Source of the DNA: Gemmatimonadota bacterium
GTDB taxonomy: Bacteria > Gemmatimonadota > Gemmatimonadetes > Palauibacterales > Palauibacteraceae
Direction of reading: 5' to 3'
NCBI GenBank assembly: GCA_046758745.1
Contig: JBHIAV010000008.1
Coordinates: forward strand, 28,663-92,662
DNA: 64,000 nt
Shown here: positions 38,800-47,779 of the stretch, piece by piece
How the letters are laid out: each line of letters begins with the position of its first letter
Numbering within the stretch: the stretch's first letter is position 1
Translations under genes and position numbers: made by a program
Notes under the pieces: generated by a model
The model's database searches: none
Seen by the model: only the letters and a program-made list of their open reading frames with translations
Told to the model about the DNA's origin: nothing

Positions 38800-40435
38800 G
38801 GTGGTGGAGACGCGGCTACCGGGAGCACGAGGACGGCTTCGCGCCGGGGAGCGAAAGAGGCTCGTGATCGCCGATGCCCTCTCCCCCGAGGGAGTACAGA
38901 TCCTGGCCGGAGCGGACGGCCTCGAGGTCGATGACCGGTCGGGACGCTCTCGGGAGGAGGTGCGGGACGCCCTGGCCGGGGCGGCGGCCCTCATCGTGCG
39001 AAGCGCGACCCAGGTCGATGAGGATCTCCTCGCGCGCGCCGATACCCTCGAGGTGATCGGTCGGGCCGGCGTCGGGGTGGACAACATCGACGTGGAGGCG
39101 GCGACCCGGCGCGGCATCGCCGTGCTGAATGCGCCAGGGGGCAACACGGTCTCCACCGCCGAGCTGACCTTCGGTCTCATGCTGGCGGTGGCGCGGCGGA
39201 TCGTGGAGGCGGACCGCGCGGTGCGGGCAGGCTCCTGGCCCCGCACCGAGCTGCATGGCTCTCAGCTCCGGGGCAAGGTGCTCGGAGTGATCGGCGCGGG
39301 TAGGATCGGGTCGGAGGTGGTGCGACGTGGCCGGGCGTTCGGCATGCACGTGCTGGTGACCGATCCCTACCTCACGACGGAGCGAGCCCGCGACCTCTCG
39401 GCCGAGTCTGTGGAGCTCGAGGAGCTCCTTGCCCGCGCGGACTTCGTGTCGATCCACGCGCCGCTCACCGAGAGCAGCCGGGGGATGGTCGGCGAGGCCG
39501 AGTTCCGGCTCATGAAGCCCGAGGCGGTCCTCGTCAACGCGGCGCGGGGAGGAATCGTGGACGAGGATGCGCTCGCCGCGGCGCTCCGAGAGGGACAGCT
39601 TGGCGGTGCCGCCCTGGATGTGTTCGAGGTCGAGCCACTCCCGGCGGATCACCCGCTGCGGTCCGCACCCCGCCTGGTGATCACTCCCCACCTCGGCGCG
39701 GCCACGGCGGAAGCGCAGCGGGAGGTGGCGATGGAGATCGCGGCCGCCGTCCGCGATGCGCTCCTGGCCGGCGACCTTCGGGCCGCCGTCAACGCCCCAC
39801 GCGTGGATCCGGATCTGCGCGCAGAGTTCGAACCGCTGCTGGAGCTCGCCCGCCGGCTCGGCGTCCTCGCCTACGAGCTCACCGGGGGACGTTGCGAGCG
39901 GGTGGATCTCCGATACGCAGGGCCGTTCGAGGATGTGCTCCGCGCCCTGGCGGCCGGAGCGATGGAGGGGTACCTGCGGCGCACGGTCGACCGGCCTCTC
40001 AACCTGGTCAACTCTCTCGTGCTGGCGGCGGAGCGGGGAATCCGGGTCGGCCGCGTGCGGACCGGAGATTCCGCGGCCTACCTGCACTACGTGGAGCTGT
40101 CGGTGAGAGATGGGAACGATCTGGTGGCGGGCGGCGCGTTCCTCGGCGAAGGACATGCCCGGCTGGTGCGCATCGGGAGGTACCGCATCAGCACGGTCCC
40201 GAGCGGCACGCTGGTCATCCTCCGGAATCGTGACGTGCCCGGCGTGATCGGGGAGGTGGGCACGCGCCTCGGAGCGGCCGGGATAAACATCGCCGAGTAC
40301 CATCAGAGCCGCCAGGAGGTCGGAGGCGAAGCGCTGGCCATGATCACCGTAGACGATCCGCTCGGTCCCGGCCTTCTGGCCGAGCTCCGCTCCCTGCCCA
40401 GCGTCTCCGAGGTGCGGCAGGTCTCCTTCGACTAA
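38789..40435 (+). CDS. serA: D-3-phosphoglycerate dehydrogenase, type I (ASB and ACT domains)
   Basis: 'IVRSAT', 'GRAGVGVDNID', 'GAGRIG', 'NAARGG', 'TPHLGA', ACT-domain 'NRDVPGVIG'. Confidence 0.93.
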   Translation: MPTEVVETRLPGARGRLRAGERKRLVIADALSPEGVQILAGADGLEVDDRSGRSREEVRDALAGAAALIVRSATQVDEDLLARADTLEVIGRAGVGVDNIDVEAATRRGIAVLNAPGGNTVSTAELTFGLMLAVARRIVEADRAVRAGSWPRTELHGSQLRGKVLGVIGAGRIGSEVVRRGRAFGMHVLVTDPYLTTERARDLSAESVELEELLARADFVSIHAPLTESSRGMVGEAEFRLMKPEAVLVNAARGGIVDEDALAAALREGQLGGAALDVFEVEPLPADHPLRSAPRLVITPHLGAATAEAQREVAMEIAAAVRDALLAGDLRAAVNAPRVDPDLRAEFEPLLELARRLGVLAYELTGGRCERVDLRYAGPFEDVLRALAAGAMEGYLRRTVDRPLNLVNSLVLAAERGIRVGRVRTGDSAAYLHYVELSVRDGNDLVAGGAFLGEGHARLVRIGRYRISTVPSGTLVILRNRDVPGVIGEVGTRLGAAGINIAEYHQSRQEVGGEALAMITVDDPLGPGLLAELRSLPSVSEVRQVSFD

Positions 40436-40460
40436 CGAGGAAACCGGCCGAAGACCGCGC

Positions 40461-41459
40461 CTACGTGGCTGTGGTCGCCTCACGCCGCTCCGCCGGCGAC
40501 CACGGCTCGGCGGTGCCGGGAGGGGGAGGGGGCGCGAGGGCCGGGTGAAGGAGGCCGGCCAGGATCTCCACGCCGGTGACGACGCGCGGCCCGGAGCGGT
40601 TGAAGTAGGAGGAGCCATCGACGACGAACGCGCGTCCGTCCTCGATGGCGCGCGGCGCGATCCCGAGTAACTCCCGCCCGAACCGATCCGCATCCCGTCG
40701 CGAGGCCTCGAGGCCGTATCCACACGGCATGACGATGAGCACGTCGGGGTCGAGCTCGGCGAGATCGCCCCACCTCGCCTCGCGCGATGGAGCACCGGCC
40801 TCTCCGGCCAGGCACACGCCGGCCGCGAGCTCGATCATCTGCGGCACCCAGTGTCCGGGCGTGAACGGCGGATCGAGCCACTCGATCGACAGGACACGGG
40901 GCCGCGGAGCCTCGCCGACGACGCGCGCCACGGCCTCCAGGCGTGCCTCCCAGGCGGCCCGCAGCTCGGCCGCCCGCCGGCCCGCGCCCGCCGCCGTCCC
41001 GATGGCCTCGATCGATTCCACGATCTCCTCGAGCGTGTGCGCGTCCAACGAGAGGATGCGGGTCGCGAGCCCGGCGTCTCGCACGATCTCCCGCACCCCG
41101 GCGGTCGGCACGGCGCACACCTCGCACGCCGCCTGGGTGAGGATGAGGTCGGGCGCCAGTCGGGCCAGCGCATCCGCGTCGATCTCGTACACGCTCCGGT
41201 GCTCGGCCATCGCATCCCGCACGGCGCGGTCGAGCTCGCCGCTGGTGAGCCGGGCCGGGTCGAAACGCGGCCGGCTGAGCCGGGGGCGGTCCAGGATGCG
41301 GGCGGGGTGGTCGCACTCGTGCGAGATTCCCACCAGCCGGTCTTCAAGCCCGAGGTCGCACACGATCTCGGTCGCGCTCGCCAGGAGGGATACGATGCGC
41401 CCGCCCGCCTCCGGCTCCCGGATGTGCCTCGCGTCGGCCGGGGTGATGTCCGCCCTCAC
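40461..41459 (-). CDS. BtuF/Fe-siderophore-type substrate-binding family protein without signal peptide
   Basis: 'RIVSLL.SATEIV..LG..D.LVG.SHECD.P', 'PDLILTQ..CEVC', 'EWLDP', 'GHWVP.MI', 'FNRSGPR'. GTGA overlap with the cupin gene. Confidence 0.8.
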   Translation of the reverse strand: MRADITPADARHIREPEAGGRIVSLLASATEIVCDLGLEDRLVGISHECDHPARILDRPRLSRPRFDPARLTSGELDRAVRDAMAEHRSVYEIDADALARLAPDLILTQAACEVCAVPTAGVREIVRDAGLATRILSLDAHTLEEIVESIEAIGTAAGAGRRAAELRAAWEARLEAVARVVGEAPRPRVLSIEWLDPPFTPGHWVPQMIELAAGVCLAGEAGAPSREARWGDLAELDPDVLIVMPCGYGLEASRRDADRFGRELLGIAPRAIEDGRAFVVDGSSYFNRSGPRVVTGVEILAGLLHPALAPPPPPGTAEPWSPAERREATTAT

Positions 41460-41776
41460 GGCGCCGGAGCGATCGCCGTGAGGACGATGAGGCGCTCCTT
41501 CCGACCGTTCACGATGCCGTGCGGAACGCCGGCCGGCGCGAAGATCACCCATCCCCGTCCCACCTCGCGCGTCTCGTCGCCGACGGTGAAGGCGCCCTGT
41601 CCGTCCAGCACGATGTAGCACTTGTCGCGCCCCGGGTGGTCGTGCAGGTCCTGAACCTGCCCGGGCTGGAAGCAGTTCAGGCCGACGAAGAGGTACTCGC
41701 CCGCCGCCACATCGATCTTCGTGTACCGCTCGTCCGAGAAGCGAACCCGGTCCTCGGCGGGGATGAAGTAGCTCAA
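41456..41776 (-). CDS. Cupin domain protein
   Basis: 'PGQ.Q.LH.H', 'YIVLDG.G', 'APAGVPHG'. Confidence 0.85.
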   Translation of the reverse strand: MSYFIPAEDRVRFSDERYTKIDVAAGEYLFVGLNCFQPGQVQDLHDHPGRDKCYIVLDGQGAFTVGDETREVGRGWVIFAPAGVPHGIVNGRKERLIVLTAIAPAP

Positions 41777-41836
41777 TACGTCGTCATCCCCGGGTCGTGC
41801 GCGCCCGCCCGCCCGCGGTGCCGCGTCGCAGGTCCC

Positions 41837-42517
41837 TCACACCTCAGCCATGATCGATCGTCGGATCGCCTTGTAGTTCTCGGCGATCGTGCCGGGACCC
41901 CGGAACACGGAGGAGCCGGCCACCAGCACGTTGGCGCCCGAGCGCACGGCCACCGGCGCCGTCTCGGCATCGACCCCACCGTCGACCTCGACCTTGAGGG
42001 CGGAGAGCCCGAGCTCCGCGGCCATGGTCCGCACCCGATCCACCTTGCGGAGCGCCGCATGGATGAAGGACTGTCCGGCGAAGCCCGGATTGACCGTCAT
42101 CACCAGAACCAGGTCGACGAAGGGGAGGGTCTCGTGCAGCGTCGCCACCGGGGTGGCCGGGTTGATCGCCACCCCGACCCGCGCGCCGAGCCGCCGGATC
42201 TCGTGCACGTCGCGGTGGAGGTGCGTGGACGCCTCCTGGTGGATCGTGATGAGGTCGGCCCCCGCCCGCGCGAACGGCTCCAGCATGACGGCCGGGTTGT
42301 CGATCATGAGGTGCACGTCGAGGAAGGAGTCCGTCACCTTGCGCAGGGCCTCCAGGACGGGGATGCCGATCGAGATGTTCGGCACGAAGTGCCCGTCCAT
42401 CACGTCGAAGTGGAGCCACTCGGCGCCAGCCTCCTCCGCTTCCCGGACCTCCTCCGCGAGCCGCGCGAAGTCGGCCGAGAGGAGGGAAGGGGCGAGGACG
42501 ATCCCTTCGTCCCTCAC
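41837..42517 (-). CDS. rpe: Ribulose-phosphate 3-epimerase
   Basis: 'APSLLSADF', 'HFDVMDGHFVPN', 'DVHLMI', 'MTVNPGF', 'EVDGG', 'VAGS'. Confidence 0.96.
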   Translation of the reverse strand: MRDEGIVLAPSLLSADFARLAEEVREAEEAGAEWLHFDVMDGHFVPNISIGIPVLEALRKVTDSFLDVHLMIDNPAVMLEPFARAGADLITIHQEASTHLHRDVHEIRRLGARVGVAINPATPVATLHETLPFVDLVLVMTVNPGFAGQSFIHAALRKVDRVRTMAAELGLSALKVEVDGGVDAETAPVAVRSGANVLVAGSSVFRGPGTIAENYKAIRRSIMAEV

Positions 42518-43434
42518 GCCCCGTAGCGGGCGAGGATCTCACGCACCCGACCGGTGATCGCCAGCGCGTCCTCCATCGGGCGCTGCCACATGTTCCGCCC
42601 GAAGATGAGGCCCGTCGCCCCGGCCTCCATGGCCAGCTTCGCCTTGTCGAGCAGGTCCTCGTCGCTGATCTTGCTGCCGCCCGAAAAGAGAACCATCGTG
42701 TTCTGCGCCGACCTCACCACCCGCTCCGCCCCCTCGAGGTAGTCCCACTCCATCTCCCGGTACGCCTTCGGCTGGTCGGCGTCCTTGTCGCTATGCTTGG
42801 GGACATTGAGCTTCACCACGTCCGCTCCCATCTCCATCGCCACGCGCGCCGCGTAGTCCACCGCATACAGCGAGTCGCGGCCGCCCTTCTTCTCCACCGC
42901 CGCGCCGCGCGGATAGGACCACACGATCAGCGGGAGCCCGTAGCGTATGCAGTCGTTTCGCACGCGGTTCAGCTCCGCGTGATGCAGCGACTGGGCGGGC
43001 GAGCCCACGTAGAGCGTGTACCCGATCGCGCTCGCCCCGAGCCGCACGCCATCCTCGACCGTCGCGTTGAGGGGCGAGTGCGCCTCCTCGTCCGAGGGGA
43101 CGTTCGTCTTCCCGTTCACCTTCAGGATGAGCGGGATCTGGCCCGCGAATTTCGGGAAGTACTTCTCGGCAAACCCGATCTGGCAGGCGATCCCGTTGAA
43201 CTCGCCGCGGATCCCCAACTCGAACTGGTACTCCGGGTCGGCGGAGGCGGGGTTGGGGAGGAAGTCGACCGGTCCGTGCTCGAGCCCCTGGTCGATTGGC
43301 AGAAAGAGCGCCGTGCCGTTCTTCAGCCCGTGCCTGAAGAGCATGTCGTAGAGCCGGGCCTTCTTGCCCGGCGACAGGCCGAGGTCGTGGATCGTGGGAC
43401 GCTTGACCGCGGCCGGGGCCGGTGTCGTAGCCAT
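42514..43434 (-). CDS. fbaB: Class I fructose-bisphosphate aldolase (DhnA family)
   Basis: AGGAGG RBS and ATG 43434, 'LPIDQGLEHGP', 'WSYPRG', Schiff-base lysine 'GADVVK', 'SGG', 'FGRN'. Confidence 0.88.
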   Translation of the reverse strand: MATTPAPAAVKRPTIHDLGLSPGKKARLYDMLFRHGLKNGTALFLPIDQGLEHGPVDFLPNPASADPEYQFELGIRGEFNGIACQIGFAEKYFPKFAGQIPLILKVNGKTNVPSDEEAHSPLNATVEDGVRLGASAIGYTLYVGSPAQSLHHAELNRVRNDCIRYGLPLIVWSYPRGAAVEKKGGRDSLYAVDYAARVAMEMGADVVKLNVPKHSDKDADQPKAYREMEWDYLEGAERVVRSAQNTMVLFSGGSKISDEDLLDKAKLAMEAGATGLIFGRNMWQRPMEDALAITGRVREILARYGA

Positions 43435-43693
43435 CTTCGGAACCTCCTGTGGAAGCGAGTTTTCAAGCCGCACAATACGGGCCTGATCGGCCGGAGGACA
43501 GACGCCGCCGCCCCGCAACTCCGCCTCCGACGGGCTCCTCCGGCGGTTACCGCGCGTCCGTCTTCGGGATCCGCCCGCCCCCGCCCTGGCGAACCGGCGG
43601 CATACCGCGCCGGGTCGATCGGGCTCCCCCCCTCCCCCTCCATGATCTGCGAGGGACGCCGGCGAGAGTGGCCCGTCTACCCGGCCGCCCGCA

Positions 43694-44881
43694 TCAGATC
43701 ACGCCCAGCCGGCGTCCGACCTTCTCCAGGGCTCCCAGCGCCCGGTCCAGGTGCTCCCGCCGGTGGGCTGCCGAGATCTGACACCGGACACGGGCCACCC
43801 CGTGCGGGACCACGGGGTAGCCGAAGCCGATGACGAACGCTCCCTCGTCGAGGAGCTGGGTGCTCATGGCGATCGCATCCGACGTGTCGCCGATGATGAC
43901 CGGGACGATCGGCGTCTCCCCCTCGATCGGGCGGAAGCCGAGCCCCATCAGCTCCTGGCGGAAGTAGGACGTGTTGTCCCGGAGCCGCGTCACCAGCTCC
44001 GGGTGCTCCTCGAGGTGGCCGATCGCCGCCAGGGCGCCGCACGCGGAGTGCGGGGGTACGGCGTTGGTGAACAGCTGGGTGCGGGAGCGCTGCACCAGGT
44101 ACTCCACCACCGGCCGGCTGCTCGCCACGAAGCCGCCGGCCATGCCACCGAGCGCTTTCCCGAGGGTCGAGGTCACGATGTCCACTTCGCCGTGCATCCC
44201 GTAGTGCTCCGGGGTCCCGCGCCCCGTGTCCCCGAGGACTCCGGTCGCATGGGAGTCGTCGATCGCCATGATGGCATCGTACCGGTCGCACAGCTCTCGA
44301 ATCTCCGGGAGCGGCGCGATCTCCCCCTCCATGCTGAACACGCCGTCCGTGATGACCAGCCGGTGCCGGGCGTCCGCCGTCTCCTTCAGCGCGTCCTCGA
44401 GGGCGTTCATGTCCCTGTGCCTGAAAATCTTCCGGCGCGCCTTGCACAGCCGGATGCCGTCGATGATCGAGGCGTGGTTCAGCTCGTCGCTGATGAGCGC
44501 GTCCTCCTCTCCCAGGAGGGGTGCGAACAATCCCTCGTTGGCGTTCCAGCACGAGGTGTAGGTGAGGGCGGCCTCGGTCCCCATGAAGTCGGCGATCCGC
44601 TCCTCGAGCTCGCGGTGGATGTCGAAGGTGCCGCAGATGAACCGGACCGAGGAGGTGCCGGCCCCGTAACGATCCGTCCCTTCCTTCACAGCGGCAGCCA
44701 CCGCCGGCTCGTCGCACAGGCCGAGGTAGTTGTTGGAGCACAGGTTCACCACCTCGCCGTATCCCTCGAGCTCCACGACCGCGCCCTGCGGGCCCGTGAT
44801 GTGCTGAAGCACCTTGAAGACACCCTGTTTGTGCATCTCCTCGAGCTCGGCGGCGAGTCGTCGATTCAGTCCAGCGTTCAC
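43694..44881 (-). CDS. kbl: Glycine C-acetyltransferase (2-amino-3-ketobutyrate CoA ligase)
   Basis: 'CSNNYLGL', 'SVRFICGT', 'NHASIIDG', 'TDGVFSM', 'DDSH', 'TLGKALGG'. GGAGG before GTG 44881 gives 395 aa. tdh lies nearby. Confidence 0.93.
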   Translation of the reverse strand: MNAGLNRRLAAELEEMHKQGVFKVLQHITGPQGAVVELEGYGEVVNLCSNNYLGLCDEPAVAAAVKEGTDRYGAGTSSVRFICGTFDIHRELEERIADFMGTEAALTYTSCWNANEGLFAPLLGEEDALISDELNHASIIDGIRLCKARRKIFRHRDMNALEDALKETADARHRLVITDGVFSMEGEIAPLPEIRELCDRYDAIMAIDDSHATGVLGDTGRGTPEHYGMHGEVDIVTSTLGKALGGMAGGFVASSRPVVEYLVQRSRTQLFTNAVPPHSACGALAAIGHLEEHPELVTRLRDNTSYFRQELMGLGFRPIEGETPIVPVIIGDTSDAIAMSTQLLDEGAFVIGFGYPVVPHGVARVRCQISAAHRREHLDRALGALEKVGRRLGVI

Positions 44882-44994
44882 GTTGCCCTCCATCACGTCG
44901 CTCTCCGCGTACAGTACCATGTCCGCTCCCTCGGGCCGCGAACTCTCGCCTGGTTTCGGCGGCCGCGCGCTCCGCCGCCGCCGCGGCTTCGCGC

Positions 44995-45729
44995 TCAGTA
45001 GTAGTCCGCGACCGAGCGGTCCGTTACCCACGCCGTGTCGACCCGGATGAGCGGCCGCGAGCCGAAGGAGCCGCACAGGGTGAAGCCGGCGAGCCGTCCT
45101 TCCACCCGGACAACTCGATCCGTCCCGGATGCCGCGGCCACCTCCCCCGGCACGCCCCGCAGCGCGAAGGGACGCTGGTTGCCGAGCCAGCCCGGCCCGA
45201 AGAGTCGACAGCCACCGGCCTCACCGATCGTCCCCTCCCCGACCGCCGACATGCCGGAGAAGACGCCGGACTCGAGCGCCACGAGCTCACCGAGGCGCAG
45301 GCCCTCTCGGGTCCGCACCGAATACCGGCCCGGGCGTTCGATGCGGAGCGAGCGTGCCTCGTAAAAACTGACCCGCTCCTTCGAGCACAGCGCGTCATAC
45401 ACGCTCCGCCTCCCCGAGAGCTCGATCACCGAGTTTCGGATCTCCACCACGGCCGTGTCGAGGCGCCCGCACGTGTTCGCATTGACCGGCCCCGCGAACT
45501 CGAAGGAGAAGACCTCGCCGACGAGGACGGTCTCCGGGTACGCCGCCCACGTCACGCGCGCGCTGCTCTCGGTCGGCTCTCCGATCCGCCAGCACGCGGT
45601 CGGGAGGAGCGCGAGCCCCGCCAGGGCGAGGCTGACGCGGCGCGATCGCGGAAGCCCCCCATCGCGCGTCGCGCGAGGTGGCCTGGTACGAATGCCGAGA
45701 GCGGAGCCGGGCCACCGTGGAGACTTCAT
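44995..45729 (-). CDS. Hypothetical lipoprotein
   Basis: Hydrophobic segment and lipobox-like 'LALAGLALLPTAC', beta-rich mature part with 4 further Cys. Start uncertain. Confidence 0.6.
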   Translation of the reverse strand: MKSPRWPGSALGIRTRPPRATRDGGLPRSRRVSLALAGLALLPTACWRIGEPTESSARVTWAAYPETVLVGEVFSFEFAGPVNANTCGRLDTAVVEIRNSVIELSGRRSVYDALCSKERVSFYEARSLRIERPGRYSVRTREGLRLGELVALESGVFSGMSAVGEGTIGEAGGCRLFGPGWLGNQRPFALRGVPGEVAAASGTDRVVRVEGRLAGFTLCGSFGSRPLIRVDTAWVTDRSVADYY

Positions 45730-45769
45730 GCGCGCCTGGGTGGCGTGGACACCAGCGCCCGCGAGGGCT

Positions 45770-46801
45770 TCACGCGAGTGCCAGCACCACCTTCGCCGCC
45801 TCGCCATCCGCCATCGCCTGGATCCCGTCCTCGAACCTCGCGAGCGGCAGTCGATGGGTGATCACCGGCTCGATGTCGAGAAGTCCCGCGGAAAGGAAGT
45901 TCCGCATCTGGATCCACGTATCGTACATGCGCCGACCGATAACGCCGTATACGTGCAATCCTTTGAAGATCACATCCTTCGCCAGGTCGATCGGGACCTG
46001 ATCCCTCGGCAGGCCGAGGAGCTGCACATGTCCGGCGTTCCGGCAGATGCGAAAGGCCGCTCGGATCCCGTCGGAGTGACCGCTCATCTCACAAACCACA
46101 TCGGCTCCGTAGCCGCGTGTACGCTCGCGGAGGACGTCCTCGTACCCTTCCTCCTCCGGGCTCAGCAGCACGTCGGCACCCATCCGACGCGCGATCTCCA
46201 GTCGGTCACGTGCCGGCTCGATGGCCATCACCGTGGCCGCGCCGGCCGCCCGGGCGATGCCCACCCCGAACAGCCCGATCGGCCCGCAACCGATGATCGC
46301 AACGACCTTCCCAGCGACGTCCGTGTGCAGCACGGTGTGGAAGGCGTTGCCGAGAGGATCGAACACCGCTGCATGGTCGTCACAGATCGAGTCGGGGATA
46401 GGGATGAGGTTGGTGGCCGGGAGGGCGACGTACTCGGCGAAGGCGCCGTCGCGATCGATGCCGATGATGGAAGTCGCGCGACACACGTGGGCGTTGCCTG
46501 TACGGCACAGCTCGCAGTGCCCGCAGACGATGTGGCCTTCCGCCGAGACGCGCTGCCCGACCCGGACGTTCTCGACCAGGCGCCCGAGTTCCGCCACCTC
46601 TCCCATGAACTCGTGGCCCAGCACGACAGGTGGACGGATGCGCTCCTGCGACCACCGGTCCCAGTTGTAGATGTGCAGGTCCGTCCCACAGATGCCCGCT
46701 CTGCGAACGCGAACGAGTACCTCGTTGGGCTGGATCTCGGGCTCCGGGACCTCGCCCAGCTCGAGACCCCGGGCAGGCCTCGTCTTCAGGATGGCCTTCA
46801 T
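45770..46801 (-). CDS. tdh: L-threonine 3-dehydrogenase
   Basis: 'GICGTDLHIY.WD.W', 'GHE', 'EGHIVCGHC..C..G..HVC', 'DPLGNA.HT', 'GCGPIG'. Confidence 0.95.
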   Translation of the reverse strand: MKAILKTRPARGLELGEVPEPEIQPNEVLVRVRRAGICGTDLHIYNWDRWSQERIRPPVVLGHEFMGEVAELGRLVENVRVGQRVSAEGHIVCGHCELCRTGNAHVCRATSIIGIDRDGAFAEYVALPATNLIPIPDSICDDHAAVFDPLGNAFHTVLHTDVAGKVVAIIGCGPIGLFGVGIARAAGAATVMAIEPARDRLEIARRMGADVLLSPEEEGYEDVLRERTRGYGADVVCEMSGHSDGIRAAFRICRNAGHVQLLGLPRDQVPIDLAKDVIFKGLHVYGVIGRRMYDTWIQMRNFLSAGLLDIEPVITHRLPLARFEDGIQAMADGEAAKVVLALA

Positions 46802-47017
46802 GAGTCGTGCGCTGGCTCCGCGTGGCTGACCGGATGGTCGCCCGCCCGGCGGGGCGGGGGCAATCTGTCGGCGCTCACACGGCCCCGGCAAGCGGCACGG
46901 AGCTCCGGGAACCTACGCCCCTCGCCGGAGATACAACTACGCATTCGAAGGAAGGGGCGGGGAGACGGCGTCGCGCCCGTCGAGGGACACCACAGAGACC
47001 CGAGGGGGAAAACCGGC

Positions 47018-47692
47018 TTGAGAGGCTCGTTCAACGCGTCCTCGGACCGCAGCTCTGGCCGTTACCGCCGAACCCTGGTGGTGGGCATGCTCGCCTCCGT
47101 TGGGCTCCACGCGGCGGTCCTGGCGCTGTGGCGAGGCGACCTCTGGCCGTTCCCGTTCACGGTGGCCGCCGGACCGCGCGCAGGGGATGCCGTGGCCGCC
47201 CCCGGGGGCGGGATCATGGAAGTGATCCGCTACGCGCCGCTCCGTCAGATAGAGATCCCTCCGCCGCCGGCCACGACGCCGTCGCTCGAGGTGCCGGAGG
47301 TGGAGACTCGGATTCCCCAGGATCGCCCCCTCTCCGCCGCGGCGAGGTTCGGCTCGCTCTCGTCCGCGCCCGGTCCCGGTCTGTTCGGCCAACAGGGACT
47401 CGGCGACGGCGGAGAGGACGTGGCCGGGAAGTTCCGGGTCACCGCTCCCGAGCCTCGCGTGATCATCCCGGAGTGGAACGCCCCGAAGGAAGTGAAGGGG
47501 ATGCAGGTGATGGTGCGCGTCCTGGTCGACCGGTGGGGCCGGCCTACCGGGGAGGTGGAGCTCCGTCCGATTACTCCGAACAGGAAGTTCAACGACCGGT
47601 TGGTCGAGAAAGTACTCAGGATGGAGTACAAGCCCGCATACCGCTACGGACGTCCGGTGGCCGCGTGGGCGGAGATGACCTTCGTGTTCTGA
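47018..47692 (+). CDS. TonB-like energy transducer
   Basis: N-terminal TM with SxxxH ('ASVGLHAAVL'), Pro-rich linker, C-terminal 'V.VRVLVD..G' and 'YKPAYRYGRPVAAW'. Start TTG 47018 is tentative. Confidence 0.7.
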   Translation: MRGSFNASSDRSSGRYRRTLVVGMLASVGLHAAVLALWRGDLWPFPFTVAAGPRAGDAVAAPGGGIMEVIRYAPLRQIEIPPPPATTPSLEVPEVETRIPQDRPLSAAARFGSLSSAPGPGLFGQQGLGDGGEDVAGKFRVTAPEPRVIIPEWNAPKEVKGMQVMVRVLVDRWGRPTGEVELRPITPNRKFNDRLVEKVLRMEYKPAYRYGRPVAAWAEMTFVF

Positions 47693-47779
47693 TCCGTCCT
47701 GGCCGACGGAACGCCCCGCCCCGAACCCGTCCCGTCCGATTCCGACCCCCTGCGCTTCGAGGCGGCGTGCCCCCCGCGG

